NCBI RefSeq assembly: GCF_964213995.1
Contig: NC_135818.1
Span: forward strand, 80,290,001 to 80,354,000
Direction: 5' to 3'
Origin: Mustelus asterias
Taxonomy: Eukaryota
DNA length: 64,000 nt
This document shows positions 62,670-64,000 of this stretch, piece after piece (within the stretch, counting starts at the first letter, position 1; the number at the start of each line of letters is the position of its first letter). The notes below the pieces were generated by a model. It saw only the letters and a list, made by a program, of their open reading frames with translations. It had not been told where the DNA came from and did not search any database. A program made the position numbers and the translations under genes.

Positions 62670-63638
62670 CTGTGTCTTTAAGAAATGTATTTATTATCAT
62701 GTTTCTTTTAAGGGGTATGTTTAAAATTCAGCTCTGTCTGGGCAGCAGACAGTTCAAATGTTAAGAATGCAGAATAATCACTGATTGATTGTTGCTAATC
62801 TAAACAGAGTTAATGCATTTGTGTTTACTTAGGATTCCCTTGGAGATCAGAGTAGAGTTTTGATTAGGTTGATTGACACAGTCATGTGCTAATGGAAAGA
62901 GCTAAGCTTGCAGGGAAGATACATATTTATCTTCTATTTTATAACAGTCAGTTGCTGCCTGGTTCTGAAAGAAGCCAGACATGTCTCTCTGTCTGTCTGT
63001 CTGTATCTCTCTCTCTCTTCAGTGGAGTTCAAAAAGCTCTAGACTGTCAGCAAGTACAAGCACATAAGCCTGTGTTTGCTAACTGACTTTGATGTCATGA
63101 TACTGTGCCTTTAAGAAATGTATTTATATCATGGGTCTTGTAAGGGGTATGTTTAAAATTGAGCTCTGTTTTACAAGGAGCCAATTTGTCTGGGCAACAT
63201 GCAGCTCAAATGTAGAGAATGCTGAATAATGACAGATTGTAGCTAATGGTGTGTTTGTCTAAACAGAGTAATGCATTTGTGTTTACTTAGGTTTCCCTTG
63301 GGGTTAGGATAACATTTCAATTAGGCTGATTGACAGAATCATGTGCTGTAATTCTGTAAGAGGAATATTGCTTGAATTGGAACTTCTGGAGATAGATTAG
63401 CAGTTAAAAATTGTGTCTTGCCATGTTAAGAATTGTTCAATTGTTAAATGTTAAGCTAATTCATTTGTTATAGCTAAACTGTGTTGTTAAATAAAGTGTG
63501 TTTTGATAAAGGCTTCCCAGTTTGTCAATAGAATTCCACCTGGAGTGAAACATCATTTCTTCACATTAATGCCAAAACAGCAAATAATCTAGTCTAACTT
63601 CAGAATATACCTTGGGGTTTCTGATCTGTACCCTAACA
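62670..63638 (+). mobile_element. Two tandem related LTR-like segments (partial 62670-63090; TG..CA unit 63093-63638)
   Basis: Shared CTTTAAGAAATGTATTTAT..GGGGTATGTTTAAAATT..AATGCATTTGTGTTTACTTAGG; second unit TGTCATGA..AATAAA..CCCTAACA. Confidence 0.6.
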
Positions 63639-64000
63639 CTGGCTAGGTTCTCTGCTTCTTATTGGGTCTCGCAACAGAGGTTCATTGTGCTCTTGTGGAT
63701 TATTTATCTGCTGCACAATGGATTTTTTTTCTGTCCTTCTGCCTCCTTGGCTGTAATGGAACTTCTTAAGCGATCTCCAATTGTGTATTCCAGGTTTTCA
63801 AGTTAGATGCACTTCTCTCAGGTCGGACTGCAGTTTCTTTACTTCTTCATTCTTAGGGATTTTGGGGTCCTTCACCTGCAGTCAACATGTTATAGAGTCA
63901 CAGCGCAGAAAGAGACCCATCGGCCCATTGTGTCTGCACCGACCTAAAGCATCTATCTATGCTAATCCCAGCACTTGATCCATAGCCTTGCTCATCTTAA

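Overview
Repeat-rich vertebrate genomic DNA, most likely from a shark or other elasmobranch (HE1-type tRNA-derived SINEs, many CR1 LINEs, Penelope-like elements). The left half (124-28803, minus strand) holds coding exons 1-11 of SNW1/SKIP: all introns are GT-AG, phases are compatible, and the 1130 coding nt read without a stop; the gene continues past the left edge. The CpG-rich promoter (about 28500-29500) has a tandem array of CRE (TGACGTCA) plus C/EBP-like (TTACGCAA) units, a ZNF143/THAP11-type motif and two strong + strand splice donors, suggesting a divergent transcript (possibly ADCK1 by synteny; I found no ADCK1 coding exon). SNW1 intron 2 carries a processed MICOS10 pseudogene. The rest is mostly transposon debris: CR1, Rex1/Babar-like, L2, RTE, Penelope-like with hammerhead ribozyme cores, a Gypsy remnant, solo LTRs and MITEs. 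Nearly all short ORFs in the track are TE-derived or spurious. I could not support a wholly new gene system. The best leads are Penelope-associated duplications of local DNA, hammerhead cores on transcribed strands, the promoter bZIP array and a candidate 15-nt microexon. Exon coordinates were counted by hand; repeat boundaries are approximate and family names come from motif recognition, not database searches.
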